This document shows, piece after piece, positions 7,511 through 14,891 of a DNA stretch of 14,891 nt (position 1 is the stretch's first letter; each line of letters starts with the position of its first letter). The stretch comes from an uncultured Methanosarcinaceae archaeon (GTDB lineage Archaea > Halobacteriota > Methanosarcinia > Methanosarcinales > Methanosarcinaceae): positions 1 to 14,891 of the forward strand of contig CAVRJG010000067.1 in the NCBI GenBank assembly GCA_963721455.1, written 5' to 3'. The notes below the pieces were generated by a model. It did not search any database, was not told where the DNA came from, and worked only from the letters and a program-made list of their open reading frames with translations. A program made the position numbers and the translations under genes.

Positions 7511-7894
7511 ATGAAAGTATTGCTTGTAGACGATGACCCCCTATTTTTAGAGTTATCAAAGGCATTCTTAGAAGTCTTCCATGATATAACTTCAGATACT
7601 GTGGACTCTGCAAGGGAAGCCCTCCTGAAGCTGGAGGAAGACTCCTATGATGTGGTAGTTTCGGACTATGATATGCCTTTTATGGATGGCATCACGTTTC
7701 TGAGAACTATCCGTGATAAAAGGATCGACATCCCCTTCATCCTGTTTACGGGAGTAGGCCAAGAAGAAATCATGCACCAGGCAATGGAGAATGGTGCAAA
7801 TTCCTTTATTCAGAAAATCGGAGACCCAAAGACCCAGTATTCCGAACTGTCAAAGAGAATCTGGCAGATTGTCAGCAACGGTGCAGGATGCTAA
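7511..7894 (+). CDS. Single-domain (CheY-like) response regulator
   Basis: KVLLVDDD, phosphoacceptor VVSDYDMPFMDG, PFILFTG and GANSFIQK. Length 127 aa with no output domain. Confidence 0.95.
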   Translation: MKVLLVDDDPLFLELSKAFLEVFHDITSDTVDSAREALLKLEEDSYDVVVSDYDMPFMDGITFLRTIRDKRIDIPFILFTGVGQEEIMHQAMENGANSFIQKIGDPKTQYSELSKRIWQIVSNGAGC

Positions 7895-7989
7895 AAAATA
7901 AGGCAATTTTTAACCTTCCGCTGTATTCTGGCCCAGGTAGCTATGATTTTCACAGAATGAAGATTAAAAAATATTGAGTGCTGACTGCA

Positions 7990-8201
7990 TTACCATGCCG
8001 TTCCTTTATGTTTTACCAGCAAATAGTTTATCGAATCGTTTACCAGCAGCACTAAAATTAAATAATGCCCTCTGATGCCAGGCGTATAATTGAGTTGTAA
8101 AGGCGGAAGGTCAGGAATGCGATATCTATCGGGTCCATATCTGCTTCCTGCGACGCCAGTGCCCCATAAAGTACCACATCTTCTTCCACAAAACCAGTTA
8201 C
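7990..8201 (-). pseudogene. Remnant of a P-type (H+-type) ATPase gene with a large internal deletion
   Basis: 8201-8109 reads VTGFVEEDVVLYGALASQEADMDPIDIAFLT, matching the ALAS..E..DPID.A motif of P3A ATPase N-domains. It joins, in another frame, a hydrophobic C-terminus-like segment IPDLPPL...LILVLLVNDSINYLLVKHKGTAW*. Confidence 0.55.
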
Positions 8202-8261
8202 CGGAAAAATTTTCTGGAATATATTTATCTCCTAGTATATTCATGTTTTTAGGGGGATTTT

Positions 8262-9740
8262 ATGGTTCAAAAGTGCAAGCTGTTTATAGGGGGAAAGTTT
8301 AGAGATTCGTCAACCGGAGAAGCTTTTGATGATGTGAATCCGGCTACTCTGGAAAGCCTGGCCACAGTACAGGTAGCTGGAATCGAGGACGTGGACAGGG
8401 CAGTTGAGGCTGCAGAGGCAGGGTTAAGGATCTGGAGCGAAATTCCGGCTCCTCGGCGGGCCGAGGTACTCTTGAAGGCTGCCCGGATTTTACAGGAAAG
8501 AAAGGAAGAACTTGCTGCCCTTATGACAAAAGAGATGGGAAAGGTGTTGCCCGAGACCAGGGGAGATGTACAGGAAGCTATTGATATCGCACATTACTCC
8601 GCAGGGGAAGGGAGGCGGATGTTTGGAGAAACAACGACTTCCGAATTAAAGGAAAAATTCTGCATGACCGTGCTGAGGCCGATAGGGGTTGTGGGGCTCG
8701 TTACGCCCTGGAACTTTCCCATTGCGATTCCAGCCTGGAAAATCATGCCTGCCCTTATAGCAGGAAACGCAATCGTTTTCAAGCCTTCAAGCGACACGCC
8801 CCTGCTTGCCCTCAAACTCGTAGAAATCCTGGTTGAAGCAGGCCTGCCTCCGGGAGTAATAAACCTGGTAACCGGGCCCGGAGGGACTGTCGGTAAAGCC
8901 ATAGTCCAGCACTCGCACATCAAAGCAATTTCCTTTACAGGCAGCCTTGAAACCGGGAAATGGATAATGGAAGAATGTGCAAAAACCATGAAACGGGTTT
9001 CTCTGGAACTGGGAGGCAAAAACCCTGTAATTGTTATGGATGATGCCGACCTTGAACTGGCTCTCGAAGGCGTGTTATGGGGAGCTTTTGGAACCACCGG
9101 CCAGCGCTGTACTGCTACGAGCAGACTGATTTTGCACGAGAAAATAAAGGACGAATTCATAGAAAGGCTGCTTGCGAAAGCAAAAGCTCTCAGGGTAGGA
9201 GACGGGCTCCTGCCTGAGACGGATGTAGGACCTGTAATTAATAAAGCACAGCTTGAGAAAATCGAAAGGTACGTGAGGATAGGAAAAGAAGAAGGGGCAA
9301 CTCTTCTTTTAGGGGGAAACAGATTAGACCCTGGCCTTCCGGGCTATTTCTTCGAGCCCACGATATTTACGGATGTCAGGCCTGACATGAGGATTGCACA
9401 GGAAGAAATTTTCGGGCCAGTACTCAGTATCCTCACGGTCTCAGGACTTAAAGAAGCAATAGAGGTTGCCAACGATACTAAATACGGGCTTTCTTCGGCA
9501 ATCTACACAGGAAATGTCGGAAACGCTTTCAAGGCGATCGAGAAAATTGAGGCAGGGATCACATACGTTAATGCTCCGACGATAGGTGCCGAGGTTCATC
9601 TTCCATTCGGGGGCGTGAAAGGGACAGGAAACGGTTTTAGAGAAGCAGGGACCGATGCCGTCAAGGAGTTTTCCGAGGTGAAAGCCGTATATATAGACTA
9701 TAGCGGCAGGCTGCAGAAAGCCCAGATAGATTCGGAATGA
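8262..9740 (+). CDS. NAD(P)-dependent aldehyde dehydrogenase (semialdehyde dehydrogenase-like)
   Basis: TPWNFP, SFTGS, catalytic Glu in SLELGGKNP, catalytic Cys in TTGQRCTA, QEEIFGPV and PFGGVKGTG. SD GGGGGA upstream. Confidence 0.97.
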   Translation: MVQKCKLFIGGKFRDSSTGEAFDDVNPATLESLATVQVAGIEDVDRAVEAAEAGLRIWSEIPAPRRAEVLLKAARILQERKEELAALMTKEMGKVLPETRGDVQEAIDIAHYSAGEGRRMFGETTTSELKEKFCMTVLRPIGVVGLVTPWNFPIAIPAWKIMPALIAGNAIVFKPSSDTPLLALKLVEILVEAGLPPGVINLVTGPGGTVGKAIVQHSHIKAISFTGSLETGKWIMEECAKTMKRVSLELGGKNPVIVMDDADLELALEGVLWGAFGTTGQRCTATSRLILHEKIKDEFIERLLAKAKALRVGDGLLPETDVGPVINKAQLEKIERYVRIGKEEGATLLLGGNRLDPGLPGYFFEPTIFTDVRPDMRIAQEEIFGPVLSILTVSGLKEAIEVANDTKYGLSSAIYTGNVGNAFKAIEKIEAGITYVNAPTIGAEVHLPFGGVKGTGNGFREAGTDAVKEFSEVKAVYIDYSGRLQKAQIDSE

Positions 9741-9819
9741 AATCGAGAGTGGGAAGAAGATTGGGGAGGAATTCATTCTGGACCAGGAGAAACCGGAAAA
9801 ATTTGAACCGACGGGAGGG

Positions 9820-11169
9820 ATGGAAAAGCAGGGGGAGAATGAGGCATTAGATCTTGATTTTTTTGAACAGGAAATCGGACTGCTTGATTTTGTAGGCCCG
9901 AAAGCCAGGAAGATTATCGGGAAGGACTGCAATATTATTTCTGCCTGCGAGGCCCGTCCGTATCCCCTGGTTGTGGACAGGGCAAAGGGTTCCGTAATCC
10001 AGGATGTTGACGGAAGAGAATATCTCGACATGGTTGCAGGGATTGCTGTCATGAATGCAGGCTACTCTAACCCTGAGATTAAGGCTGCAATCTCAGCCCA
10101 GCTGGAAAAAATGGTCCACTGCGGATATGGGGATTTTTTTGCCGAGCCCCCTTTGAAGCTTGCAAAAAAGTTGAGAGAGGTCTCAGGTTATTCGAAAGTC
10201 TTTTATTGCAACAGCGGAACCGAAGCCGTGGAAGCTGCAATCAAGCTTGCCTTCTGGAAAACAAAGCGGCAAAACCTTATCTCTTTTTATAATTCCTTTC
10301 ACGGCCGTACCCTGGGTTCCCTCTCCCTAACCTGCTCAAAAGTCAGGCAAAAGGAACATTTCCCTTCGATCCGCACGGTTCATTCCCACTATGCCTACTG
10401 CTACCGCTGTCCCCTGAAACTCGAATACCCTTCCTGCGGTATCGAGTGTGCAAAAGAGATCGAAAACCTTATTTTCAGGCGGGAGCTGAGCCCGGAGGAT
10501 ACTGCTGCCGTTTTCATTGAACCGGTCCAGGGGGAAGGCGGTTATATCGTCCCTCCTCCTGAGTTTCATAAAGAAGTAAGACGGATCTGCACGGATAATG
10601 ATGTTCTCCTCGTAGCCGATGAAGTACAGGCTGGCTGTTTCAGGACAGGCCCCTTCCTTGCCATGAAAAATTTTGAGGTCAGGGCTGATATTTCCTGCCT
10701 TGCAAAAGCCCTTGGAGGAAGCCTCCCGATGGGCGCAATGCTTGCAGACAGCGAGCTTATGGATTGGCCGTCCGGTGTCCACTCAAATACCTTCGGAGGA
10801 AATCTCCTGGCTTCAGCCGCCTCTCTCGCTTCCCTCGAATTCCTGGAAAAGGAAAATACGGAAAATAGAGTAAAAGAACTGGGCTCCCATATGAGGCAGC
10901 GGCTCGGGGAGCTTCAGGAAAACTTCCCATGCATCGGGGATGTACGCGGCATCGGCCTGATGATAGGCGTCGAAATCGTAAAACCTGATAAATCCATAGA
11001 CCCTCTTCGAAGAGATAAAATTCTCAGGGAAGCCTTTAAAGAAAGAATCCTGCTTCTGCCCTGTGGGGATTCCGTAATCCGCTTTTCCCCACCCCTGGTA
11101 ATAACAGACGAAGAAGCCGACATTGGGCTTGAAAAATTTGAAAATGCTCTGAAAAAAGCAGGAAAGTAA
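9820..11169 (+). CDS. Class III PLP-dependent aminotransferase (acetylornithine/GABA aminotransferase family)
   Basis: DVDGREYLD, NSGTEAVEAAIK, FHGRT, EPVQGEGG, ADEVQAG, PLP lysine in CLAKALGG, HSNTFGGN and GDVRGIGLMIG. SD GGAGGG upstream. Confidence 0.96.
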   Translation: MEKQGENEALDLDFFEQEIGLLDFVGPKARKIIGKDCNIISACEARPYPLVVDRAKGSVIQDVDGREYLDMVAGIAVMNAGYSNPEIKAAISAQLEKMVHCGYGDFFAEPPLKLAKKLREVSGYSKVFYCNSGTEAVEAAIKLAFWKTKRQNLISFYNSFHGRTLGSLSLTCSKVRQKEHFPSIRTVHSHYAYCYRCPLKLEYPSCGIECAKEIENLIFRRELSPEDTAAVFIEPVQGEGGYIVPPPEFHKEVRRICTDNDVLLVADEVQAGCFRTGPFLAMKNFEVRADISCLAKALGGSLPMGAMLADSELMDWPSGVHSNTFGGNLLASAASLASLEFLEKENTENRVKELGSHMRQRLGELQENFPCIGDVRGIGLMIGVEIVKPDKSIDPLRRDKILREAFKERILLLPCGDSVIRFSPPLVITDEEADIGLEKFENALKKAGK

Positions 11170-11620
11170 GTCAAGCTGAACAGTAAGGTAAATGTGAGAT
11201 AAAGAGACATGATAAAGTATAACTTTTACTTACTCTGCACCTGCTGGAAAGTTTTGACCGAATATCGACATCGGTATATTTAATAGAGCCCCCTCCGATC
11301 TTTCCTGTCACCCTGCGCAGTAAAGGGCCTTCCGGAAAAAATTAAAAATATTGGAAAAGTCCGAGTCGAACTTATAAAATTTAATTGAGAATGTAAATGA
11401 ATTTTGCGGTATATATGAATAAATTGACGGCTCATGAAGGATGTTTCGGTACAATCGATTCTATAAGACTGGCAAAGGTTTTTAATCAAATATCTCATAT
11501 TTAATCATATGGATTATAAGAACAATGATCGATTTGAGAACGACGGTTCGACTTTGATTGTTTTTATAACTATTATTGCAGTGGCAATAAGTCTCTTAGG
11601 GATAATGGTATGTATCAAGT

Positions 11621-11701
11621 AACCGCTTTCCGCAGATGTACACCCGAAAAATGAATTTCGCACTGAAATACATCTGTGGAGCAGGTTGAATAACTTTTTT
11701 T
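11621..11701 (+). ncRNA. Intergenic long hairpin with a T8 tail, candidate sRNA or terminator
   Basis: TCCGCAGATGTA (11629-11640) pairs with TACATCTGTGGA (11669-11680) with one G-U. Inner CGAAA/TTTCG hairpin and outer AACC/GGTT. TTTTTATAA at about 11561-11569 lies upstream. Confidence 0.4.
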
Positions 11702-11821
11702 CGGATTTTGCTATTAAACATTTATAAACGATACAAAGATGACAGAGTATACACTGGCCTGTTTGAAACAAAAAGAAAAAGTAATCAGGGTCAGCCTGAT
11801 TAAAATACTGCAGATTCTTCT

Positions 11822-12328
11822 TTATTTTCGGTCCTTTTCAGCTTCCTTCAGCCCGTCTTCGGCCTGCCTGAGAGTTACAAGCCTGCTCGCAAGAGGCGCG
11901 ATAGGAAGGTCTGCGCTGAGAGTCCGAGAGCCTATTCTTGCCCCGGCCAGTTTTCTTCCTGCAAGATCGGGTTTTATCTCAAACCCCTTAGGAATCTCAG
12001 TAGTTTCGGATACGGTCTCAGGAAAAGCAGCTTCAATACCCATGCATGCGTTAGAAACGAGTCTCGGAAGAGTTTCAGGACTCAGGCGGGAATGCCCAAG
12101 AGGAGAAAGCCCAAGGTCTTGCTCCGGAGAAAGCCTTCTGTTGAAGTCGGGCAGAATCCCGTTTAACTGGTCAAGGGGAGGTCTTGAAAAAGTCGCGGAT
12201 TCGTAAGTAGGAGTGAGATTTCCTGCAAGTGCTTTTTCACGGTTTTCATGGGCTGCACTGCCGGAAAAATGAGGGGATGAAGTTGAATTCTCAGATTTGC
12301 TGTCATTCATAGCAATAGGGATTGTCAC
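11822..12328 (-). CDS. Hypothetical protein, Ser/Pro-rich, 168 aa
   Basis: Longest ORF of a GC-elevated segment, co-oriented with the TPR gene, with TATAAG about 50 nt upstream. No recognisable motif and the start is uncertain. Confidence 0.55.
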   Translation of the reverse strand: MTIPIAMNDSKSENSTSSPHFSGSAAHENREKALAGNLTPTYESATFSRPPLDQLNGILPDFNRRLSPEQDLGLSPLGHSRLSPETLPRLVSNACMGIEAAFPETVSETTEIPKGFEIKPDLAGRKLAGARIGSRTLSADLPIAPLASRLVTLRQAEDGLKEAEKDRK

Positions 12329-12469
12329 GATGGTATATCAATTATACGAGGGCTTTTTCCTCCTTTTTCAGTCTCTTATACACTTTTTTTAGATCTCCTT
12401 TTTACACTTATCTCAACCCTCTAATTCATGCATGATTTTTTGCCACTGCTCCTTCTTGCACCCAGGTAT

Positions 12470-13312
12470 TCACTCGTTAATCTTCGCTTCGCAAAACTCC
12501 TTTCCCTTTTTGGCAGCCTCGTTTCCCGGGCTGAGTTTCAGAGCCCGTACATAGCACTTGAAAGCCTCTCCGTGTTCAGCAAATTCGCAAAGCAAATCGC
12601 CTCCCTGCAGAAGGGAATCAAGGTGGTCGGGATCACTCTCAAGGGCGTGTTTGTAGGCGTCCAGTGCCTTTTCTTTTTCCCCCAGTTCCAGAAACACATT
12701 GCCTTTCCAGTACCATGTACCGGCATTGTCAGGCCTCATCACAGGGGCTCTATTTTGGGAAAAGAAACTGAACCTTGGGGCTTTGCAGGCCCAGTCAGAC
12801 GCTTTCCGGGGTTCCGCTGCCAGAGCTTCGTCAAAAGTCTCAAGAGCTTTTTCCGGAAGCCCCATCCTGAAATAAACTATCCCCTTGCTGGTCAGGATTT
12901 TTGAGGACCCAGGGTCAAAGAAGAGCGCTTTTTCAAAGGCTTCAAGGGCTTCTTCATTCCTTCCCAGGGCTGAGAGCACAAAACCCCTGTTGGACCATTC
13001 GGTGGGGCTGTCTGGCTTAACTTCAAGGGCAGCATCAACAATCCCCAGGGCTTCTTCATACCTGGCAAGCTTAAAAAGAGACATCCCATAAAAGGACCTG
13101 GCCTCCTGAGCCTTTTCAAGATACTCTTTTCCGCTGTCCTCCTTCCCTTTTTCAAGAAGCAGGTCTGCCATTTTTCTCCAGGCCTCATCCGCTTCCCCAT
13201 ACGCAGCAAGCGCTTCTTCGAACCTGCCCATCTGAAAGGAAATCCCGGCTTTTTTGCAGTTTTCCTCGGCTGACCTGTCAAGCTCTTTGAGTGTATTTGC
13301 CATTTTTGCCAT
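12470..13312 (-). CDS. Tetratricopeptide repeat protein
   Basis: Repeated TPR consensus: WSNRGFVLSALGRNEEALEAFEKAL, KGIVYFRMGLPEKALETFDEAL and WYWKGNVFLELGEKEKALDAYKHAL. Confidence 0.95.
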   Translation of the reverse strand: MAKMANTLKELDRSAEENCKKAGISFQMGRFEEALAAYGEADEAWRKMADLLLEKGKEDSGKEYLEKAQEARSFYGMSLFKLARYEEALGIVDAALEVKPDSPTEWSNRGFVLSALGRNEEALEAFEKALFFDPGSSKILTSKGIVYFRMGLPEKALETFDEALAAEPRKASDWACKAPRFSFFSQNRAPVMRPDNAGTWYWKGNVFLELGEKEKALDAYKHALESDPDHLDSLLQGGDLLCEFAEHGEAFKCYVRALKLSPGNEAAKKGKEFCEAKINE

Positions 13313-13343
13313 TTTTCTGCCTCATATCTACAGCTAGTTGAAA

Positions 13344-13480
13344 AATAATTATTGAATAACTTATTTTTAAGAAATGATTATTAAGCAAATGATATTGAGC
13401 AAATAATTATTGGTAACTGGTTTTGCAGAAATGAATATTGGTAACGATTTTGGAGAATAATTATTGAGCGAATAATTATT
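13344..13480. repeat. Cluster of AATAATTATT palindromes and variants
   Basis: Perfect copies at 13344, 13402, 13456 and 13471. Variants AATGATTATT at 13373 and AATGAATATT at 13430. Confidence 0.75.
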
Positions 13481-13542
13481 AGGTAAGTGTTATTAGAATT
13501 ATTAATTAAAAATGGACAAATGCTTACAAAATATCTTTAGCT

Positions 13543-13630
13543 CTATAATATATTAAAGTTTTATAATGTATTTAAGTTTTATAATATTTTAAGTTTTATT
13601 ATGTATTTAAGTTTTATAATGTATTTAAGT
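13543..13630. repeat. Five tandem ~18-bp repeats (TTATAATGTATTTAAGTT)
   Basis: Units start at 13543, 13561, 13579 (17 bp), 13596 and 13614. Confidence 0.9.
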
Positions 13631-13802
13631 CGTGTCTCATTAGCTGGTTGATATTTCATCTTTGAATACTCCTTGTTCATCTGCACTTGCTTTCTAAGCT
13701 TACTTGTATACAGGAAATTGAGTGCACATAAAGCAGAATATGAAAGTGGAATGCGAATATGTGGATACTCTGAAAAATATCAACTTATTATTGACGGACC
13801 AC
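13629..13802. mobile_element. IS1-family-like MITE or internally deleted IS remnant (174 bp)
   Basis: Imperfect 28-bp terminal IRs (19/28 match, shared GTTGATATTT). The right end resembles the IS1 left end at 3425-3452. Confidence 0.55.
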
Positions 13803-13843
13803 ATTAAGTGCAAAAAAAGTATAAGATAAACATAGGCAAAAAC

Positions 13844-13962
13844 GGCTCTGTAGAAATCCTATCTAAACTTGTTTCCACCAGATTCATTTAACCTAGAAAC
13901 TTGACGCTACAAGCCCATTTGAAAATATTTGGCATATCGTAAATGGAGGATTTCTACGAGCC
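13844..13962. mobile_element. 119-bp MITE-like element
   Basis: IRs GGCTCTGTAGAAATCCT (13844-13860) and AGGATTTCTACGAGCC (13947-13962), differing by a 1-nt indel. IS family unassigned. Confidence 0.7.
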
Positions 13963-14003
13963 TATTTTATTAACTTTTTTTAATAACTTGTTTGCAATTT
14001 TCT

Positions 14004-14486
14004 TCATGAGTTTAAAATCCAAAGACTGTGATTAAGCAGCATTGCGAAACTTACCCACAAGATATAAGGAAGTAATAGATAAGAAGCTGTTTTTGAAATC
14101 TTTCTAAACTGAATTATTGTTAGTAAGATAGCAAACCAGAGCAGAATTATCTCAATAAAAGCATAGTATGGAGACCTTAGACCAAAGAACAGATAGGACC
14201 AGATGATGTTAAGACCTAATTGTATACCAAAAATGAGTAATCCAATTTTCACTTCTCTTTGCTGTACTCCTTTCTCCCAGACCATATAAAGGGAAATTCC
14301 CATAAGCGTATAGAGCAGAATCCAGACAGGAGAAAAGACCCATGATGGAGGGCTGAAAAACGGCTTCTCAAGTAAAGGAAACTAGTTTTCAACTGAGGAG
14401 GCTGTAAATACCGCGCCAATTGCTCCTGCAAGCTGGCAAAGCAATATCGAGACCACAAGCTTAAAGAAGTTTATCTTTTGAGACAT
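14004..14486 (-). CDS. tspO: TspO/MBR tryptophan-rich sensory protein with an in-frame TAG at codon 35 (pseudogene or amber readthrough)
   Basis: From ATG 14486: MSQKINFFKLVVSILLCQLAGAIGAVFTASSVEN*FPLLEKPFFSPPSWVFSPVWILLYTLMGIS...LNIIWSYLFFG...LLLPYILWVSFAMLLN. 160 codons in a single frame. TAG at 14384-14382. Confidence 0.9.
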
Positions 14487-14588
14487 GTAAGACACAGGAA
14501 TATTTAGTACTTCACTATATTAACTTTGAGGTCAAAAAGGAGCTTAATTTTTCGGTTTTTGGGTGACTTCCAGTCGGTCCATTTTGGT

Positions 14589-14891
14589 TTACTTCTCACC
14601 CTTTTGTACGCTCTGTGCCTTGTTGTAACTTTCTATCACCTCCCGATAAGGCGGAATGATGTTATCGACCATGATCTGGGCAAATTCCATCGCATCAGGG
14701 CGGTTCCATGTGCCCATTAACTCACAGAGGACGGCGTACGTGTCGATCGGAATTGCACCGGCCTGGGAAATACGGGCGACGGTCAGATCAGTCGCCATCG
14801 TCGACCAGTTACCAGATGCATCAACGATGCAAAAGACCTTATATCCGGCGACGAGGGCACTAAGGGTGGGGAATGCCATACAAACACTAGT
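14589..14891 (-). CDS. Isochorismatase-family cysteine hydrolase (YcaC-like), 5' part outside the window
   Basis: The frame is open to the window edge: [27 protein letters not shown], with the catalytic Cys in TSVC, and ELMGTWNRP. Confidence 0.9.
   Translation of the reverse strand, partial: TSVCMAFPTLSALVAGYKVFCIVDASGNWSTMATDLTVARISQAGAIPIDTYAVLCELMGTWNRPDAMEFAQIMVDNIIPPYREVIESYNKAQSVQKGEK

Noticed and set aside
8105-8157. GC-rich hairpin upstream of the ALDH gene as a riboswitch
   Set aside because: No match to a riboswitch consensus I know. The segment is explained as antisense of the ATPase remnant.
8201-8217. CCGGAAAAATTTTCTGG as an NrpR operator
   Set aside because: The spacing is GGAA-N5-TTCT rather than GGAA-N6-TTCC. 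It may be some operator, but the NrpR call is unsupported.
8594-13281. Antisense or overlapping ORFs over the ALDH, aminotransferase, hypothetical and TPR genes, and ORFs at 11280-11771
   Set aside because: No motifs or translation signals. They overlap better-supported genes or AT-rich intergenic DNA.
14249-14458. 69-aa ORF suggesting a frameshifted tspO N-terminus
   Set aside because: The true N-terminus is in the same frame as 14004-14303 and is interrupted only by TAG.

Overview
This window looks like Methanosarcina-type archaeal DNA. That is an inference from gatE, the IS types and the long AT-rich intergenic regions. Bases 1-4100 are a decayed accessory region. It holds an IS1634 transposase pseudogene, three successive copies of the 3' end of a coiled-coil gene ending ...KAIExxGEKKxxWKFW, and a 27-codon hydrophobic small ORF with a perfect Shine-Dalgarno. 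It also holds a structured RNA candidate, helically phased heptamer repeats, a lipoprotein gene and IS1-family remnants. Next come gatE, two ~195-bp MITE-like elements, a single-domain response regulator, a P-type ATPase remnant and an aldehyde dehydrogenase/class III aminotransferase operon. The end of the window has a hypothetical protein, a TPR protein, AT-rich repeats, two more MITE-like elements, tspO with one in-frame TAG and a partial YcaC-like hydrolase. The most notable observation is a pair of dispersed, homologous non-coding units (about 1713-1969 on + and 6825-7054 on -). They share a promoter-like block (24/25 identical), a three-way junction with two G-rich loop hairpins and a similar T-rich 3' end, which suggests a mobile structured RNA family. 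All family assignments come from recognising motifs by eye; no searches or folding programs were run.
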